DNA from: Minisyncoccota bacterium
GTDB lineage: Bacteria > Patescibacteriota > Minisyncoccia > JBAYJV01
Reading direction: 5' to 3'
Assembly (NCBI GenBank): GCA_041664925.1
Contig: JBAYJV010000002.1
Location: 136,302-200,301, forward strand
Length of the DNA: 64,000 nucleotides
A model generated the notes under the pieces. The model saw only the letters and a list, made by a program, of their open reading frames with translations. It was not told the origin of the DNA and made no database searches. Of this stretch, positions 47,385 to 56,342 are shown in pieces; the first letter of the stretch is position 1, and each line of letters opens with the position of its first letter. Both the position numbers and the translations under genes were made by a program.

Positions 47385-47510
47385 TGTTGAGTGAAACGAA
47401 ACCTACAAACCCTACGCCCTGTACCGAATGAGCGAAGCGAATTCTGGTACCCGAGGCTACACCTTGTTTCTAATAAGCTTGTATTAGAGCCTTATATTTT
47501 TTTTTAAAAG
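47385..47510 (-). promoter_or_regulatory. Conserved structured leader, copy c (minus strand), within a ~340-nt multi-module leader that also has two GGGACCTAAGA hairpin modules
   Basis: Reverse complement matches copies a and b; followed by GTAGTCC...GGGAC hairpins and the 'TCTCTAAGGGAGG' RBS module. Confidence 0.6.
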
Positions 47511-47622
47511 AACACTTGTATCCTATCAAATAATCTTCTTTATGTCAAATTTTAAACAAAAATATGGAGTAAATATTAATACAATAAAAAATCAGCGGAA
47601 AACTGTTCTCCGCTGATCTTCT

Positions 47623-48432
47623 TTATGAATTAACCCGTTTTGGCTGCAAAACCACCAGCCTCCGATAGCCGAAAAAGTAAGAACAAAGGAGAGCACCCAA
47701 CCCAATGCCTGCGCCGATATAAGGATTGTTCAGAACAATGCCTGTTACTGATCCAATCGCCGCATCGGTTCCAACCATAAGACCGACTTGCGAATGAGAC
47801 AAGACCAGGAAACGCCAAATGATTCTCTTCCAAACAAACCTCAAGACAGATCCCACAACGACCGGCATCCTGAAAACAATAAACCATAGCGTGAAAATGA
47901 TAGCCATAGGAACAAGGCGCAGAACAAATGAAAGACATTTAAGAAGTCCTCTCTTCATATATTTACCTGGAGTCAATCCCTTATTGTAAGCAGATCGATA
48001 AAAATCATCTGCAATGTTTTTCATGATTTGAGAGACCATAATCGCAAAAACAAAACTCATTACAAAACACACCGTCGTTAAGCTAATATTGGCAGAATCT
48101 AAGATACTACCATCCTGGATGCCCCATACGACTAGATAAATACACAAACCGATACCGACCAAACCTGTCGCAATTCCAGAAATAATTCCTACTCTTTCTG
48201 CAAAAACATTCTCTTTTCTCCACCATTCTTTAAGCTCGTGTCTGACGGTTCTTGCGGCTTTCAGAATCTGGCGATAAGCAAAAATGGTAAAACCAGTGAT
48301 GCCGCCGATTAGTCCTCCGACAATCAGCGACCACCAGGTAATAGAACCGGCAATCTTAATGCCGATCCAACCGCCAAAAAAAGCTCCCAAGACCACAGCG
48401 ATTGACGCCCTTGCCCAATCTTCCCGCTTCAT
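47623..48432 (-). CDS. Integral membrane protein, unknown
   Basis: 6-8 TM helices. Leader 48433-48560 has ATGTAGTCC-hairpin-GGGACTTAACCCTACGATAAACTCAGGGCATGG modules like those before 10105..10479. Confidence 0.5.
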   Translation of the reverse strand: MKREDWARASIAVVLGAFFGGWIGIKIAGSITWWSLIVGGLIGGITGFTIFAYRQILKAARTVRHELKEWWRKENVFAERVGIISGIATGLVGIGLCIYLVVWGIQDGSILDSANISLTTVCFVMSFVFAIMVSQIMKNIADDFYRSAYNKGLTPGKYMKRGLLKCLSFVLRLVPMAIIFTLWFIVFRMPVVVGSVLRFVWKRIIWRFLVLSHSQVGLMVGTDAAIGSVTGIVLNNPYIGAGIGLGALLCSYFFGYRRLVVLQPKRVNS

Positions 48433-48665
48433 TTGTTCCTCCTTTAGGTTTTCTTTCTGAGCATAGCGAAGATTAGAAAATCCATGCCCTGAGTTTATCG
48501 TAGGGTTAAGTCCCGCTGAAACTTTAGTGAAGGCGGACTACATTTAATTCCTTTTTTTTTAGAGAACTACGAACATTATAGTAAAAATATATATAAAAGT
48601 CAAGATTTTAATAAAATGTTAAGATAAAAATACTCGGACAACCTCTGTTATCCGAGTATAAATAC

Positions 48666-48977
48666 TTACTTCTTTTCGACTTTCATACGACGTTTTCCTC
48701 GAACAAACACCGCTGGACGATCCTCTTTTACTCCTTGGGCAAATGCGCCTCGTTCACAAGTCAAGGTTATCTCTCCAGGAGCCAAAGCAACGATCACGGT
48801 TGGATTATTTCTTCTGTCTGCAACTCTCTCAATCTTGAACATGTTTTTCCTATAATCCGCCTGAATACGCACTTGGTCGTTAACGAAAAGATTTCGAAAC
48901 ATGCCATGACCTCTTTGGTCTTTTCCCTGTTTGTCTAGAACTAGTTGTATATTATCACACAAACAATGTAAAGTCAA
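48666..48977 (-). CDS. Hypothetical protein (start uncertain)
   Basis: ORF only; no RBS at the annotated start. Confidence 0.3.
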   Translation of the reverse strand: MTLHCLCDNIQLVLDKQGKDQRGHGMFRNLFVNDQVRIQADYRKNMFKIERVADRRNNPTVIVALAPGEITLTCERGAFAQGVKEDRPAVFVRGKRRMKVEKK

Positions 48978-49085
48978 TTGTTTTGAGTAAAATAAACCAT
49001 TTTAATTTAATAATTTTGAATTTTGATCTGTAGATTTTACTTTTGCACTTTGAACTTTAAGCTGAATTGTCTTATACTATAAATC

Positions 49086-49718
49086 ATGATCACCAACATT
49101 GTTGATTTTTTAGCTAAAACGGTTGTCAGTATTATTGGATTCGTCGGTTATGGCGGAATTTTTTTATTGATGTTTTTGGAAAGTTGTGGCATTCCCATGC
49201 CATCTGAAGCCATTATGCCGTTTTCCGGATTTCTGGTAGCAGACGGCAGATTAAATTTCTGGTTAGTTGTCCTAATAGGAACCATAGGAAACCTTGTTGG
49301 ATCATGGCTCGCTTATTGGATTGGGCTTAAGGGTGGACGACTCTTGATTGAAAAATATGGCAAATATATCTTAATTTCGCGCCACGATTTAGATTTGGCT
49401 GACAAGTGGTTCGCTAAAAGAGGGGACTTGACGGTATTTATTGGCCGGCTTTTGCCTGTTGTCCGGACTTACGTTTCTTTTCCTGCTGGTATCGCGAAGA
49501 TGGATTTTAAAAAGTTTTCTCTTTACACTTTCCTAGGCGCGCTGCCTTGGGCGATTCTTTTTACTTGGTTAGGAGTAAAAATGGGGAATAATTGGGAACT
49601 TATTCGAACAAAACTTCACAACTTTGATCTAGCGCTTGGTGTTCTAATCCTCGCCTTAATCATTCTTTATGTTTGGCGACACATTAAAAGAAGCAAGAAG
49701 TTAGAAGTTGGAAGTTAG
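49086..49718 (+). CDS. dedA: DedA family membrane protein (second copy)
   Basis: 'GYGGIFLLMFLESCGIPMPSE', 'RLLPVVRTYVSFPAGIAKM'. Confidence 0.75.
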   Translation: MITNIVDFLAKTVVSIIGFVGYGGIFLLMFLESCGIPMPSEAIMPFSGFLVADGRLNFWLVVLIGTIGNLVGSWLAYWIGLKGGRLLIEKYGKYILISRHDLDLADKWFAKRGDLTVFIGRLLPVVRTYVSFPAGIAKMDFKKFSLYTFLGALPWAILFTWLGVKMGNNWELIRTKLHNFDLALGVLILALIILYVWRHIKRSKKLEVGS

Positions 49719-49841
49719 AAAAAAATATATTCTTCTGTCATTCTGACCCCGTATCGCATGGTACGGGGGAAGAATCTCATGAAATATTAAAAAAAGAAGC
49801 GGTCTTTCTAGATCGCTTCTTCGTTATTCTTTTAAGAACGA

Positions 49842-50333
49842 TTATGGCTCAAGATGTGAATGCTGATCCTTAGCTAATCTGGTCACTTCTTCTGGAACAA
49901 TTCCTAATTCAGACAAATTTCTTCCCAAATAGAGATAAGCTGTCTTAACATATTGCCTGATTTTTTCTATATCATTTCTCAATACAGCGAACTTATACAA
50001 TGGAGTTTTTCGATTACCAAAAAGCAGTCTAAGCACCAGAAGTTCAGCATCTTTAGATGAAAGCTCGATTTTTCCCCTGACTATTCCTTTGGTCTTCTCT
50101 GTAACCGAAATCATACTCCCTGACGGCGGAAGAAGATCACGTGTTTGTCCTTGATCCATTGGCGCCAAGAACCACATTAACTGTTCTCGACCAAGATTTA
50201 AAGTTGCTTTACCGCGTTCAAAAACTATGGTTATGCGATCTTCTCTCCCATGTTTGGAACAAATAATTTCAAGATTAAGTTCGCGAATATAACCGCTCGA
50301 TACCTCGGTTACCCTCATTCCGCTTTTTTTCAT
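49842..50333 (-). CDS. Hypothetical protein
   Basis: Promoter TTGACT-17-TAGGAT-6-AGTTCTTAAAAAGGAG upstream. Confidence 0.45.
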   Translation of the reverse strand: MKKSGMRVTEVSSGYIRELNLEIICSKHGREDRITIVFERGKATLNLGREQLMWFLAPMDQGQTRDLLPPSGSMISVTEKTKGIVRGKIELSSKDAELLVLRLLFGNRKTPLYKFAVLRNDIEKIRQYVKTAYLYLGRNLSELGIVPEEVTRLAKDQHSHLEP

Positions 50334-50477
50334 TTCACCTCTCCTTTTTAAGAACTATTAATATCCTACAAATCATATAACTGAAAGTCAAGCTTCTGCG
50401 CTGATATTTAAACTTTTTGAAATTTTCCGAACTACCAAAATGGAAGAATTTTGTCATTTAACCAAATTAATACAATA

Positions 50478-50744
50478 AAAAAAAGAAGGGATCAAGCCTT
50501 GCCTGATCCCTCTCCACTGATGATTGGCCGGGTTCTCACCGACACCCACTTCTCATTAAGCGCCCCGTTCCCTTGATATGCGCCGGGAACACGCTAGTAA
50601 GCTCCTCCTTTGAGGCGCGGCAGCGCATGGCTTTCGCGTTTTATCCTCAAGATCAACAGAGGCCTTTTCGGCTCTTAACCTACTTGGGACTTTTAGCGCA
50701 CGGGGACTTTGGTGCGCAGGTGTGTAAGCCACACCGCAATCATC
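50478..50744 (-). ncRNA. GC-rich structured ncRNA candidate D (~265 nt), unassigned
   Basis: Minus-strand TTGACA(50774-50779)-16-TATAAT(50752-50757). 5'/3' terminal pairing GATGATTG/CAATCATC. 'GAGAACCCGGCC' near the 3' end. Intrinsic terminator gggatcaggcaaggcttgatccc + T-run. Only a spurious ORF (50573..50836). Confidence 0.5.
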
Positions 50745-50941
50745 ATTATCTATTATACTCTTTTCTTATAATTTGTCAATGGTTTAAGATTTTTTATTAT
50801 ATCCTTTTTTTACATTTTACTTCTTTGTCATCCTGAGGTCGCCTAAAGCGACCGAAGGATCTCATGTCTTGTTTTATTAAACGCAAAAAAAAGAGTCTAA
50901 CGATTCGTCGTTAGACTCAAAACTTTTCTTGCTTTATCTTG

Positions 50942-51253
50942 CTATTTTGCAAAACCAATTACTTTGTCTTCATCAACATAAAAGACATCGTTTTCAAAAT
51001 GATAATCAGTAAGATCTTTAGGATCAACAATTACTCCATAAGAAACTTTATGCGTTCTTCGCTCAAATCTAATTTCGACAACTTCTGACCTAACTACTTT
51101 TTCTTTTTCTGATCCAAGCGCGAACGGATGTTCTATACGATCATCAATATTAAACTTATGACGATTACCCTGATTCTCGCATTTTTCAACTTCGCCAGAA
51201 TCATTTGAAATATACCCACAAACTTCGCACTCATGAATCTCAACTGTTCTCAT
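50942..51253 (-). CDS. Hypothetical protein with N-terminal CxxC pair
   Basis: RBS 'gaggaggcaaaATG', promoter TTGACA-17-TAAGAT. Confidence 0.45.
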   Translation of the reverse strand: MRTVEIHECEVCGYISNDSGEVEKCENQGNRHKFNIDDRIEHPFALGSEKEKVVRSEVVEIRFERRTHKVSYGVIVDPKDLTDYHFENDVFYVDEDKVIGFAK

Positions 51254-51382
51254 TTTGCCTCCTCAAGACTTTTAACGAACATTAACATCTTATTATATTG
51301 ATGCAAAAATGTCAACAAAAAAAGAAATATGTGGGAGGCTGAGCCTCCCACATATGTCATAAAAATTACAAGATTTCTAAAC

Positions 51383-51517
51383 TTATTTCTTCTTGCACCC
51401 GCAGTTACATTCTTCTTCGCATTCACAGCAATACACACAAAGATCGTCTGCACATGAACATTTATCCTCTGGTTTATCTAATGGCATATCGCATTTTTTG
51501 CATTTTTTTTGTTCCAT
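51383..51517 (-). CDS. 44-aa Cys-rich peptide (13 Cys; MEQKKCKKCDMPLDKPEDKCSCADDLCVYCCECEEECNCGCKKK)
   Basis: Complete ORF below the 60-aa track cutoff; no clear RBS; adjacent to a metal-sensor locus. Confidence 0.4.
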   Translation of the reverse strand: MEQKKCKKCDMPLDKPEDKCSCADDLCVYCCECEEECNCGCKKK

Positions 51518-51531
51518 GTATTTTATATAAA

Positions 51532-51888
51532 TTACAATTTATGCAATTTGTTTTTATTGTAAATAAAATACCATTTAATAACTGTATTTTCTAGTTTGAA
51601 ATAATGGAAAATATATAATACTGTCATAATTAAAAACAGAGAAAAGGGGACCAGGAGTAGGCAAAGATTTAAAACTAAAAATAGACAAAGAAAAACAATA
51701 AGACAAAAAGAAACGAATAAAGTTACGAGTAAATGAATCACTCTTTCGTGTTGTAAAAACTTTATTTGTCTTAAATGAAACGCCAAAAAATCTTCATCAA
51801 AAACTGCCTTTTCTAAGATTTTATTATGTTCTTTGATCAAATTTGATACGCTTGATTTCATAGATACTATTTTACCAAATAAACACAA
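51532..51888 (-). CDS. Small membrane protein
   Basis: Hydrophobic; terminator 'aaaagggctctcataagcccttttt' at about 51892-51918. Confidence 0.45.
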   Translation of the reverse strand: MCLFGKIVSMKSSVSNLIKEHNKILEKAVFDEDFLAFHLRQIKFLQHERVIHLLVTLFVSFCLIVFLCLFLVLNLCLLLVPFSLFLIMTVLYIFHYFKLENTVIKWYFIYNKNKLHKL

Positions 51889-52153
51889 AACAAAAAAGGG
51901 CTCTCATAAGCCCTTTTTACTTAACTTCTCTTGACCGTATAAAAATATATACCAAACCAATTATTCCAAGTATTAGCGCAACTTCCCAAGATCCTGTTAA
52001 GGAAAAAAAGATTCCTATTGAAAAAATTGCAATACCAACCCCTCTTTCCATTTACCCTCCTCATAAGAACTGTTACTCGTATCGTATCATTTATAAATTG
52101 TTTATCAAGTTGCTGAAAACTTTTTCTTTTTAAGATTTAAAGAATAGGGGGGC

Positions 52154-52215
52154 TTGACAGGATTTTTTTATAGACTAAAATGGATACATACCTATACCAT
52201 AGGTATGGGTATAAT
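52154..52215 (+). promoter_or_regulatory. Promoter TTGACA-16-TAAAAT with palindromic operator ATACCTAT-acc-ATAGGTAT (52188-52206), a candidate CsoR-type site
   Basis: Perfect 8-3-8 inverted repeat between the -10 and the csoR-like start. Confidence 0.5.
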
Positions 52216-52239
52216 ATGTTTATTTAATATTTAATAACT

Positions 52240-52512
52240 ATGATAAACGAAAAAAACAAAATTCTCATAAATTTCAAAAAAGCGCAGAGTTTGATGCTTA
52301 AAATCATAAAAATGTCAGAGGAAAAAGAATATTGCATAAACATTATGCAACAAAATCTCGCCGTTATTGGCCTGCTCAGGTCTGCTCATGAAATGCTTAT
52401 GGAAAATCATTTGAACACCTGTTTTAAAAAAGCAATGTCAACGGGAAGCGAAAAAAAGAAAAAAGAAATGACCGAGGAAATTTTGAAAGTTACTAATTTG
52501 TTTAATAAATAA
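52240..52512 (+). CDS. CsoR/RcnR-family (DUF156) metal-sensing transcriptional repressor
   Basis: 'EKEYCINIMQQNLAVIGLLRSAHEMLMENHLNTC' matches the Y-C...H...C ligand pattern of CsoR/RcnR. Confidence 0.65.
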   Translation: MINEKNKILINFKKAQSLMLKIIKMSEEKEYCINIMQQNLAVIGLLRSAHEMLMENHLNTCFKKAMSTGSEKKKKEMTEEILKVTNLFNK

Positions 52513-52516
52513 AAAA

Positions 52517-53122
52517 ATGGAGGAAAAAAATAGCTGCTGCCAATCTCAAGATACAAAAAAGAGGGGATTAGTGAGTGGTCTTTTATATGGTCTTATTCCA
52601 CATATTTTCTGTATCGGTTTTGTTATTTTTTCTGTCATAGGCGCCACCGTCGCAACTGCTTTTTTTAAACAAGTCCTTTTGATCCCATATTTTTTCCCGC
52701 TTTTAGTTTTTATTTCTTTTGTATTTGCCACCTTATCGGCTGTTATTTATCTTAAAAGAAATCAATGTCTTTGCAAAAGTGGCATAAAAAATAAATGGAA
52801 ATATATAACCATTCTGTATGTAACAACGATTTTTATTAATTTGCTGTTATTCTTTGTTATCTTCCCGGCTGTTGCAAATCTTAATGCGCGCGAAATAACT
52901 AATCATGAAATTCAGCTAGCTGATTTATCTATAAGTGTTCAAATACCTTGCTCTGGACACGCCTCGTTAATAATCAGCGAAATTGAAAAAGACGAAGGAG
53001 TCGGTGCGGTTAGATTTAAAATGCCCAATACCTTTGACATAAAATATGATCCGCTCAAGACAACACCAGAAAAAATCAGTTCACTTGAAATATTCAAAAC
53101 TTACAAAGCTACGATTCAATAA
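52517..53122 (+). CDS. Membrane protein with N-terminal CC pair, 3-4 TM helices and a C-terminal HMA-like domain (CSGH in place of CxxC) - MerT/MerP-like metal handling
   Basis: 'NSCCQSQ', TM helices, C-terminal beta-alpha-beta-beta-alpha-beta pattern 'ISVQIPCSGHASLIISEIEKDEGVGAVRF'. Confidence 0.5.
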   Translation: MEEKNSCCQSQDTKKRGLVSGLLYGLIPHIFCIGFVIFSVIGATVATAFFKQVLLIPYFFPLLVFISFVFATLSAVIYLKRNQCLCKSGIKNKWKYITILYVTTIFINLLLFFVIFPAVANLNAREITNHEIQLADLSISVQIPCSGHASLIISEIEKDEGVGAVRFKMPNTFDIKYDPLKTTPEKISSLEIFKTYKATIQ

Positions 53123-53202
53123 AAAACAAGTTTTTGTTTAATGATATTAAATAAAAAAAATAAAGGTCGAAAAATAATTAATAATTGTAATCCTCCAATA
53201 AC

Positions 53203-53325
53203 ATGACAAAAGAAAAACAAACATGCGAATGCAATTGTAAATGTAAATGCGAGCCTGATTGCAAATGCGGTTGCCAAGATAAATGTGAATGTGAACCGGG
53301 CTGCAAATGCGGTTGCAATCAATAG
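53203..53325 (+). CDS. 40-aa metallothionein-like peptide (MTKEKQTCECNCKCKCEPDCKCGCQDKCECEPGCKCGCNQ)
   Basis: 15 Cys in CxC/CKC arrangement typical of metallothioneins; terminator-like hairpin downstream. Confidence 0.5.
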   Translation: MTKEKQTCECNCKCKCEPDCKCGCQDKCECEPGCKCGCNQ

Positions 53326-53419
53326 GTCAAGATAAAGACCCTTGCGCCTAGGAGCAAAGGTCTTTTTGTTTTTTGAAATAAAAAAAACGCCGCCTCGTCT
53401 GAAGCGGCATAGATTCGTA

Positions 53420-53941
53420 CTAACTTGTTGGTACTGTTATCTCGGCAAAAACATTTTCAATTTCCTCAACAAGCATGTAAACATTAACCGAATTCTTGTC
53501 TAAGATACGGACAATACTTGGATTCTGTCTAAATTTCCTAAGAATGATTTCTTCCGAGACTCTTTCTTTACTATACCAAGTAAAAATCACGATCGGAGTA
53601 TCAGACATAATGGCATTAAGAAGATCAACAACGACCCATCCTTGATCCATCTGAGCCATTACTGGGTTATCGTCAAGCATTGGCAGACTACCAAAACGAG
53701 TTTGCCTTAGCCGTTCATACATATCCCTGCTTTCCTGACAAATCATCGCAGTTAACGGCTCTATGATAACAAGGTCAATCCTTTGTCCATGATACATCAT
53801 TCCTTCGATGACCGGCAATACTTGGTGAATGTGCTCAGCGGTCATGACATTGCAACCAGATTTTCTAAGCTCAGCTACGCGAAGACGATTTGCGACACCA
53901 GCATCACCAAAAGACAAATAAAGAACTGTCCCTTTACTCAT
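53420..53941 (-). CDS. Hypothetical protein (moderately GC-rich)
   Basis: RBS 'caggaggatgatcagATG'. Confidence 0.4.
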   Translation of the reverse strand: MSKGTVLYLSFGDAGVANRLRVAELRKSGCNVMTAEHIHQVLPVIEGMMYHGQRIDLVIIEPLTAMICQESRDMYERLRQTRFGSLPMLDDNPVMAQMDQGWVVVDLLNAIMSDTPIVIFTWYSKERVSEEIILRKFRQNPSIVRILDKNSVNVYMLVEEIENVFAEITVPTS

Positions 53942-54007
53942 CTGATCATCCTCCTGTTAGTTTTCCTTCTCAAGTAATTCCTTAAATGCGTAATCTTTAA
54001 AAATCGT

Positions 54008-54415
54008 TTACTCTGGTTGGTGCAAATACTTGAAGAAAACACTTATGAAATGATGAGCAGAAAGACCGCCTTCTTCAAGAAATCGAACCCTTGGTTTGTA
54101 AATATCACAGACAACTTCATCATTCGCCACAATAAAAGAATAATGTGAGGGCGTAGCCATTCTTATCTCAATTTTATCTCCTAGCTCAGTTAAGAAGAAA
54201 CCATTAATCCTATCATGCCTTGGCCCGGTTAGAACATGAAATTCAACACCGCGTTCTAAGGCAGATTTTATCGCACTAATAATTTCTTCGTTGCTAAAAA
54301 CATCGCTTGGCAACAGAGCATCCATGATATAAACATGAGAACGACTACGTGCTTTGCTAATTGCTTTAAGAAAACCTTCTCGTCTTTGTTCCTCAAATGT
54401 TTGGGGTTTTTTCAT
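54008..54415 (-). CDS. Hypothetical protein
   Basis: Leader 'AGTTCTTAAAAGACGGATAAAAAAGGAGTCGTCATG'. Confidence 0.4.
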   Translation of the reverse strand: MKKPQTFEEQRREGFLKAISKARSRSHVYIMDALLPSDVFSNEEIISAIKSALERGVEFHVLTGPRHDRINGFFLTELGDKIEIRMATPSHYSFIVANDEVVCDIYKPRVRFLEEGGLSAHHFISVFFKYLHQPE

Positions 54416-54633
54416 GACGACTCCTTTTTTATCCGTCTTTTAAGAACTAACCGTATCATAATCTTTATTTCACTTATTGTCAATAAAAACTGTCGAGAAC
54501 AGAAAAACTGTCGATGATTTATCCCGATATTTTTTCGAGACAGTCTAGACAGTTAAAATATGTACGAGGCCGAACCTCGTACATTGACATAATTATTAAT
54601 CAATGATAGGATATTAATTAATCGGTAGGGTTT

Positions 54634-55299
54634 GTGCCATTGGGGCATGAACTAGGCCGTACAGGAGGTAGTATGCGTCATAGAGAAATCGTCGGACCAG
54701 TCAATCTCGGTGCTAGCATAATTCAAAAGCTTGTTGAAGCTGTTGAAGATGCTGGAGGACAAGAAGCTGACCTTATCAATGTCGCCATGAGGCCTGGGTT
54801 GGAACTTAGAGCGATTGGAGAATCTATTTTTGACAAATCAAATACTTTTTCTGTCTCTTGTGCAGGAGGTAGAAGTCCAAGAAATTTTGCTCTTGAAATG
54901 GGACTCAGGATTGATGGGGCGCTCGAAATAGATGATCTTTGCTTGGTAGCTATAGAATTTCCATTGGGCACGGTTGTAAGAATTAAGCTTGTTCGTCCGA
55001 ATATAGAATTATCAATGATAGAGGCCGAACAGCACCTCAAGGAGCTCGGGCTTCGACCAGCTACGCTCATTGAGATTCTTTATTTAATAGAACATTGTGG
55101 GAAATCGCTCGATCACAAGCTCAATCCCCATAATCCTTTGATTGTTCTGGGAGAAAGAAGAATCTCTGAAGGAAGGGAAATGTTTATTACTGTTTCAACG
55201 ACATGGATCTGCGTTCTTCGTCTCCCGGGCGAATGTCATCGAAACGAAAAACAAGACAAAAATACATTCTGGGCTGGCGTAGAAATCGATAAGCAGTAG
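54634..55299 (+). CDS. Hypothetical protein (GC-rich)
   Basis: ORF; terminators ccccgtatcgcaatgatacgggg and gaggcttagcctc + T-run downstream. Confidence 0.4.
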   Translation: MPLGHELGRTGGSMRHREIVGPVNLGASIIQKLVEAVEDAGGQEADLINVAMRPGLELRAIGESIFDKSNTFSVSCAGGRSPRNFALEMGLRIDGALEIDDLCLVAIEFPLGTVVRIKLVRPNIELSMIEAEQHLKELGLRPATLIEILYLIEHCGKSLDHKLNPHNPLIVLGERRISEGREMFITVSTTWICVLRLPGECHRNEKQDKNTFWAGVEIDKQ

Positions 55300-55404
55300 C
55301 AATAAGCCCCGTATCGCAATGATACGGGGTATTTTATATTCGATTAATCAATTTATGGAAGTCGGACTTCCGTAAATTATTGCCAGTCATGCTAAATTTG
55401 AGGC

Positions 55405-55656
55405 TTAGCCTCCGATTTTTTTAATAAACAAAGTTAATTTTTTATCTCTTTTCCATTTTTTAATCTCCGCTTCACGCTTGAGGGCTTTTGATTTTGTTTT
55501 GTGTTTTTCGGTGTAAACTATTTTAGTTGGTCTATTAGCCCCAGTATAATGTCCTCCTTTGCCTAATTGGTGTTCCTTAAATCTTCTTTCAAGATCATTG
55601 GTAATACCCGTATATAAACTCCCATTCTCGCATTTTAAAATATACACTACCCACAT
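55405..55656 (-). CDS. GIY-YIG nuclease-domain protein (UPF0213/YazA-like)
   Basis: 'VYILKCENGSLYTGITNDLERRFKEH' GIY-YIG motif; flanked by GAAGTCsGACTTC hairpins at about 55356-55385 and 55686-55715. Confidence 0.65.
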   Translation of the reverse strand: MWVVYILKCENGSLYTGITNDLERRFKEHQLGKGGHYTGANRPTKIVYTEKHKTKSKALKREAEIKKWKRDKKLTLFIKKIGG

Positions 55657-55866
55657 AATTATTCTAAATTAGATAAGCATAAAATTAAAATTATTGAAGT
55701 CCGACTTCAATAATTTACCATGAATTATAATTTCTCCTTTTTTAATTTCTTTTTCTTTTTTCATATACATCTATTATAGCATTTTACCAAATAAAAAAAC
55801 CCTGTTAATACCGTAATTATTTAATAAAAACAGAGAACCCGTAAGTTCTCTGTGAGCTTCAATTTC

Positions 55867-56259
55867 TTACTCAATTGGGATAAGGCAAACTCCAAGACGA
55901 TATCTCTTTCGATCTTCGTCGCCAAACAATTCTATAGAATGTAACTGTTTGCTGGAAGTAGGAACAGATCCTAATCCTTTATCATTCGATGCATCTCTCG
56001 CTGGAATTAGTGATTCAATGTCTATCACATTCGCTCTAATGGTACACGGTGCTTCGCTGCGAATGCGAGCTTTTGCGAAACTCGGCTCAGCTTTTGCAAG
56101 CGCCTCTTCTTGCCCTTTTGCAAGAACGTGCGTTACTACAACATCAGGAACTGTGATGCTACTACGGGAACTAACATCGCGATAAAACCCTCTACAAGTC
56201 ACACGCCAAAGCCTCTCTCCTTTGTCAGTCTGACAAGTTCCTAGAATCACACTTCCCAT
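55867..56259 (-). CDS. Hypothetical GC-rich protein
   Basis: Promoter TTGACA-16-TAATGT and RBS aaaggaggg. Confidence 0.4.
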   Translation of the reverse strand: MGSVILGTCQTDKGERLWRVTCRGFYRDVSSRSSITVPDVVVTHVLAKGQEEALAKAEPSFAKARIRSEAPCTIRANVIDIESLIPARDASNDKGLGSVPTSSKQLHSIELFGDEDRKRYRLGVCLIPIE

Positions 56260-56342
56260 ATTGTCCCTCCTTTGAGTTTATCTTACGCTATAACATTATC
56301 ACAAAGACTATCTTTGTCAATAGCTAATGCCTAGGGTCAGGT

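Noticed and set aside
49691-49718. 'agaagttagaagttggaagttag' at the 3' end of dedA2 resembling the motif at 21143-21170
   Set aside because: A short simple-sequence similarity; one copy is coding (…KKLEVGS). Likely coincidence
50478-50744. Calling ncRNA D RNase P RNA outright
   Set aside because: The P1-like and CR-V-like 3' end are suggestive, but the candidate 5' P4 strand cannot pair (two C-C mismatches) and CR-II/CR-III are absent
50573-50836. 87-aa plus-strand ORF
   Set aside because: Lies antisense within the promoter-to-terminator ncRNA D unit and has no RBS
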